NCBI GenBank assembly: GCA_019244185.1
Contig: JAFATB010000006.1
Coordinates: forward strand, 64,001-128,000
From: Acidobacteriota bacterium
Lineage (GTDB): Bacteria > Acidobacteriota > Thermoanaerobaculia > Gp7-AA8
Reading direction: 5' to 3'
DNA length: 64,000 nucleotides
The notes under the pieces are model-generated. The model saw only the letters and a program-made list of their open reading frames with translations, searched no databases and had not been told where the DNA came from. The translations under genes and the position numbers were made by a program. Below, piece by piece: positions 60,440 to 64,000 of the stretch (its first letter is position 1; every line of letters starts with the position of its first letter).

Positions 60440-61518
60440 CCGATACCGCGTACGACCCTGTCGCCTTCGAGCTCGCGCCGCTCGTCGAGCCGCTGCCGGG
60501 CGAGAACCCCGGCGGCGTGTGGCTCCGCTTCGAGCCGTTGTACGACGAAGTGCGTCGCATGCGTGAGTCGGACGATCCGGCGTTGCCGCGCGGCGTGTGG
60601 CAGCGCGAGCTCAAACGCGCCGACTGGCCGGGCATCGTCGAGAGAACAACCGAGGCGCTGGCGACGAAGTCGAAAGACCTTCAGCTCGCGGCGTGGCTCA
60701 CCGAGGCGTGGCTGCATCTGCACGGCTTCCCGGGACTCGACGCCGGATTGCGCCTGCTGGCCGCGCTCTGCACCGAACTGTGGGATCACCTCTATCCGCC
60801 GCTCGACGAAGGCGTCGACGCGCGCCTCGCGCCGATCTCGTGGGTCGCGGACAAGCTCGCGCTGCCGCTCAAGCAGGTGGCGATCACCGCGCCCGCGGGC
60901 GAGGACGACGCGCCGTACGCGTGGGTCGACTCCGAGCTCGCGCTCTATCAGGCGAACCTCGCCAAGTCGAAGCCGGGCACGCCGCCGGAGACCGGCGTCG
61001 TCACGCATCCGAAATTTCTCGTCAGCGTGTCGATGACGCCCGCGCCGTGGTACGCGACGCTCGCCAGCGAGCTGGCCGGCGTCCTCGGCGCGCTCGAGAG
61101 TCTCGAAGGCGTGCTGATCGACCGCGCCGGTGAAGAGGCAGTGCCGAGCTTCGCGCCGCTGCGCGATCCATTGATGGCCATTCATTCGTTCGTCGCGCGC
61201 GTTCTTGCGGAACGCGTCCAGAGCGGCGAGCTGCCCGAATGGGCGGTCAGCGAGAAAGCCGCGCCGTTCGAAGCGGCGGCCGAGCTCGCCGGGCAGCCGC
61301 GCGGAGGCGGCCCGATCACCAGCCGCGCCGAAGCCTTCCAGCGTCTGCGCGAATCCGCCGAATACCTCATGCGCACCGAGCCGCACAGTCCCGTGCCGTA
61401 CCTCGTGCGCCGCGCCATCTCGTGGGAGCACATGTCACTCGCCGAGCTCCTTGAAGAACTGCTCACCAAGACCAGCGATCTCGCGGCGATCTACGCGCTG
61501 CTCGGGATCAAGAAATAG
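60436..61518 (+). CDS. tssA: T6SS TssA (ImpA)
   Basis: NPGG.WLR, ADW, SKDLQLAAWLTEA, WDHLYP and TEPHSPVPYLVRRA motifs. Confidence 0.92.
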   Translation: MTDTAYDPVAFELAPLVEPLPGENPGGVWLRFEPLYDEVRRMRESDDPALPRGVWQRELKRADWPGIVERTTEALATKSKDLQLAAWLTEAWLHLHGFPGLDAGLRLLAALCTELWDHLYPPLDEGVDARLAPISWVADKLALPLKQVAITAPAGEDDAPYAWVDSELALYQANLAKSKPGTPPETGVVTHPKFLVSVSMTPAPWYATLASELAGVLGALESLEGVLIDRAGEEAVPSFAPLRDPLMAIHSFVARVLAERVQSGELPEWAVSEKAAPFEAAAELAGQPRGGGPITSRAEAFQRLRESAEYLMRTEPHSPVPYLVRRAISWEHMSLAELLEELLTKTSDLAAIYALLGIKK

Positions 61519-61595
61519 CCGGAGGATGCCATGACCTGAACCGCGATCTGCTCCGCATCCCGCCCGTACCACAGACCTCTTGAAGGAGGAGACGA

Positions 61596-62075
61596 ATGGC
61601 TGACGACAGCACGCAAAAATGGCTCGGTCGCAACCGTCCACCGCGCGTTCAGATCACCTATGACCTCGAGACCGGCGGCGCGATTCAGAAGAAAGAGCTC
61701 CCGCTGGTGGTGGGCATCCTCGCCGATCTCGCCGGCGACGATGAAGACACCGAGAAGCTGGCCACGCTCAAGAAGCGGAAGTTCATCGAGATCGACCGCG
61801 ACAACTTCAACGACGTCCTCAAGTCGATCGGACCGAAGATCACCGTGCAGGGCAAGGCGCTGAAGTTCTCGAAGATCGACGACTTCCGTCCGGAAGCGAT
61901 CGTCAAGCAGGTCGACGAGCTCTCGCAGCTCCTCGAGGCGCGCCGCAACCTCAACGACCTGCTGGCGAAGCTCGACGGCAACGACCTGCTCAACAAGGCG
62001 CTGACCGACGTCGTGGCCAGCACCGAGAAGCGCGCCACGCTCACCAAGGCGATCGAAGGAGGCACCAATGGCTGA
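61596..62075 (+). CDS. tssB: T6SS contractile sheath small subunit TssB (VipA)
   Basis: RPPRVQITYD, KELPLVVGILADL, EIDRDNF and DDFRPE motifs. Confidence 0.95.
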   Translation: MADDSTQKWLGRNRPPRVQITYDLETGGAIQKKELPLVVGILADLAGDDEDTEKLATLKKRKFIEIDRDNFNDVLKSIGPKITVQGKALKFSKIDDFRPEAIVKQVDELSQLLEARRNLNDLLAKLDGNDLLNKALTDVVASTEKRATLTKAIEGGTNG

Positions 62076-63648
62076 TCAGGAACCGGGCGCCGAGTCCAAA
62101 CCGGCCGTGCAGGTGCTCGACGCGCCCGCGCTGCTCGAAGACATCATCAACAGCGGCAACCTCGCGCGCACGCCCCGCGAGACCGCCCTCAAGCTCCTCA
62201 ACGAGTTCGTCAAGCAGATCGTCAAGGACGACCAGATCGCCGCGGATCAGAAGCACGACGTGATCCAGAAGATCCAGCGCCAGGTCGCCGCCATCGACGA
62301 GGCCATCAGCGCCAAGGTCGACGCGATCCTGCACGACAAGAAGTTCCAGAAGCTCGAGTCCGCGTGGCGCGGCCTGCACTACCTGGTCATGAACACCGAG
62401 ACCAGCACGCGCCTCAAGCTGCGCGTCCTCTGCGTCGATCCGGTCACGATCGGCAAGGACCTCGCGCAGGCGGCCGACGTCGACCAGAGCTCGCTCTTCA
62501 AGAAAGTCTACGAAGAGGAGTACGGCACGTACGGCGGCAATCCGTTCAGCGTGCTCGTCGCCGACTACGAGTTCGGCCGCAACGCGCCCGACATCGAGTT
62601 GCTCAAGAACCTCTCGAAGGTCGCCGCCGCCGCGCACACGCCGCTCATCGCCGCGGCGTCGCCGGGCCTCTTCGACATGGAGTCGTTCACGGAGCTCGGC
62701 AACCCGCGCGATCTCGCCAAAGTGTTCGAGAGCTCCGAGCTCGCCGCGTGGCGTTCGTTCCGTGAGAGCGAGGACGCGCGCTACGTCACGCTCACGCTCC
62801 CGCGCTTCCTCATCCGCCTGCCGTACGGCGACAAGACGGTCCCCGTCGAAGGCTTCGGCATGCAGGAAGACGTCAGCAACGGCGCGGAAGTGGCCGTCGT
62901 CGTGCCGGAAGGCGCCGATGAGAAGACCGCCGACATGCTCCTCGTGCGCGCGAAGAACCGCCGCCCGAAGGTGCACGCGAAGTACCTCTGGGGCAGCTCC
63001 GCGTACGTCCTCGCGCAGCGCATCACCAACGCGTTCGCGATGTACGGCTGGTGCGCCGCCATCCGCGGTCCCGAAGGCGGCGGCATGGTGCGCAGCCTCC
63101 CGGCCTTCACGGTCGAGAGCGAAGAAGGCGACAAGACGCTGCAGTGCCCGACCGAGCTCGCGATCACCGATCGCCGCGAGAAAGAGCTCGACTCGCTCGG
63201 CTTCATCTCGCTGCTGCACTGCAAGGGCACCGACTACGCGGCGTTCTTCGGCGGGCAGACGATCCACAAGCCCCCCGTGTTCGATACCGACGCCGCGAAT
63301 GCGAACGCCGCGATCTCCTCGCGCCTGCCGTACATCCTCGCCGCGTCGCGTTTCGCGCACTACCTCAAGGTCATCTGCCGCGACAAGGTCGGCAGCTTCC
63401 AGACCAAGGACACGCTCTCGCAGTTCCTCAACCGCTGGATCATGACCTACGTCCTCGGCACCGACGACGCCGGTCAGGAGCTCAAGGCGCAGTATCCGCT
63501 GCGCGAGGCGCGCATCGACGTCGTCGATGTTCCGGGCAAGCCCGGCGCGTACCGCGCGGTCGCGTTCCTGCGTCCGCACTTCCAGCTCGAAGAGCTCACG
63601 GCGTCGATCCGCCTCGTCGCGGAACTGCCGCCGCCGGCCGCCGCCTGA
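62068..63648 (+). CDS. tssC: T6SS contractile sheath large subunit TssC (VipB)
   Basis: FQKLESAWRGL, YEEEYG, RLPYG, IRGPEGGG, ITDRRE, SRFAHYLK and RPHFQLE motifs. Confidence 0.96.
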   Translation: MADQEPGAESKPAVQVLDAPALLEDIINSGNLARTPRETALKLLNEFVKQIVKDDQIAADQKHDVIQKIQRQVAAIDEAISAKVDAILHDKKFQKLESAWRGLHYLVMNTETSTRLKLRVLCVDPVTIGKDLAQAADVDQSSLFKKVYEEEYGTYGGNPFSVLVADYEFGRNAPDIELLKNLSKVAAAAHTPLIAAASPGLFDMESFTELGNPRDLAKVFESSELAAWRSFRESEDARYVTLTLPRFLIRLPYGDKTVPVEGFGMQEDVSNGAEVAVVVPEGADEKTADMLLVRAKNRRPKVHAKYLWGSSAYVLAQRITNAFAMYGWCAAIRGPEGGGMVRSLPAFTVESEEGDKTLQCPTELAITDRREKELDSLGFISLLHCKGTDYAAFFGGQTIHKPPVFDTDAANANAAISSRLPYILAASRFAHYLKVICRDKVGSFQTKDTLSQFLNRWIMTYVLGTDDAGQELKAQYPLREARIDVVDVPGKPGAYRAVAFLRPHFQLEELTASIRLVAELPPPAAA

Positions 63649-63677
63649 TGCGCGCGGTCTGAAGAAGGAGACCAACG

Positions 63678-64000
63678 ATGGCAACCAACATGTACATCAA
63701 GTTCGAAGAGCCGGCGATCGAGGCCGCGAGCACTGCCGCGGGCCACGAGAAGGAGCTCGAGGTCCTGTCGTGGAGCCATGGCTTCGCGCAGCCGACGAGC
63801 GCCACGCGCAGCACCGCCGGCGGCGGCACGGTCGAACAGGCGTCGCACCAGAACCTCAGCTTCACCAAGTACCTCGACTCGGCCACGCACGCGCTGCTCA
63901 AGTACTGCTGGAGCGGCAAGCAGATCGGCAAGGCCACGCTCACCTGCTACCGCTCCTCGGGCGCGGAAGACAACAAGCCGGTCGAGTACCTCAAGGTCGT
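63678..64000 (+). CDS. hcp: T6SS tube protein Hcp (TssD), truncated by the window end
   Basis: SD AAGGAG; MATNMYIKF...GHEKELEVLSWSHGFAQP...LSFTKYLDSAT...ATLTCYRSSG...VEYLKV. Confidence 0.92.
   Translation, partial: MATNMYIKFEEPAIEAASTAAGHEKELEVLSWSHGFAQPTSATRSTAGGGTVEQASHQNLSFTKYLDSATHALLKYCWSGKQIGKATLTCYRSSGAEDNKPVEYLKV

Noticed and set aside
61531-61539. ATG-ACC-TGA mini-ORF with GGAGG between tssA and tssB
   Set aside because: Two codons only; cannot be distinguished from chance

Overview
GC-rich, densely coding bacterial chromosomal segment. Gene content and style suggest Acidobacteriota (Thermoanaerobaculia-like), but this is inference. Housekeeping and metabolic genes include tsaE, purL and purF (separated by an hmgA-orfX-fahA homogentisate operon and a vapBC-type toxin-antitoxin pair), rlmA-like, msrBA, two FKBP isomerases, an L,D-transpeptidase, and the glyoxylate shunt aceB-aceA with a divergent RamB/ScfR-family regulator. 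Signalling genes are a 7TM-PAS-GGDEF-EAL protein, a PilZ-like protein and an orphan chemoreceptor. The last ~10 kb is the start of a type VI secretion locus (tssJ-K-L-M-A-B-C-hcp), truncated by the window edge. Most intriguing: (i) a two-gene caspase-clan module, where a metacaspase fused to an uncharacterised Cys-containing C-terminal domain lies immediately upstream of and in frame with a membrane-anchored TPR-CHAT protease; (ii) an unknown gene sitting where the missing maleylacetoacetate isomerase should be; (iii) a 13-unit 21/22-bp palindromic array and a GTAG-type 181-bp palindrome with dispersed relatives; (iv) an RGG/Asn/Tyr-rich prion-like protein; (v) a 39-aa acidic ORF after aceA that is absent from the ORF track; (vi) two in-frame starts in msrBA; (vii) many apparently leaderless promoters. 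No rRNA, tRNA, CRISPR array, integrase or transposase was recognised. All calls come from motif recognition by eye; no database search was run.
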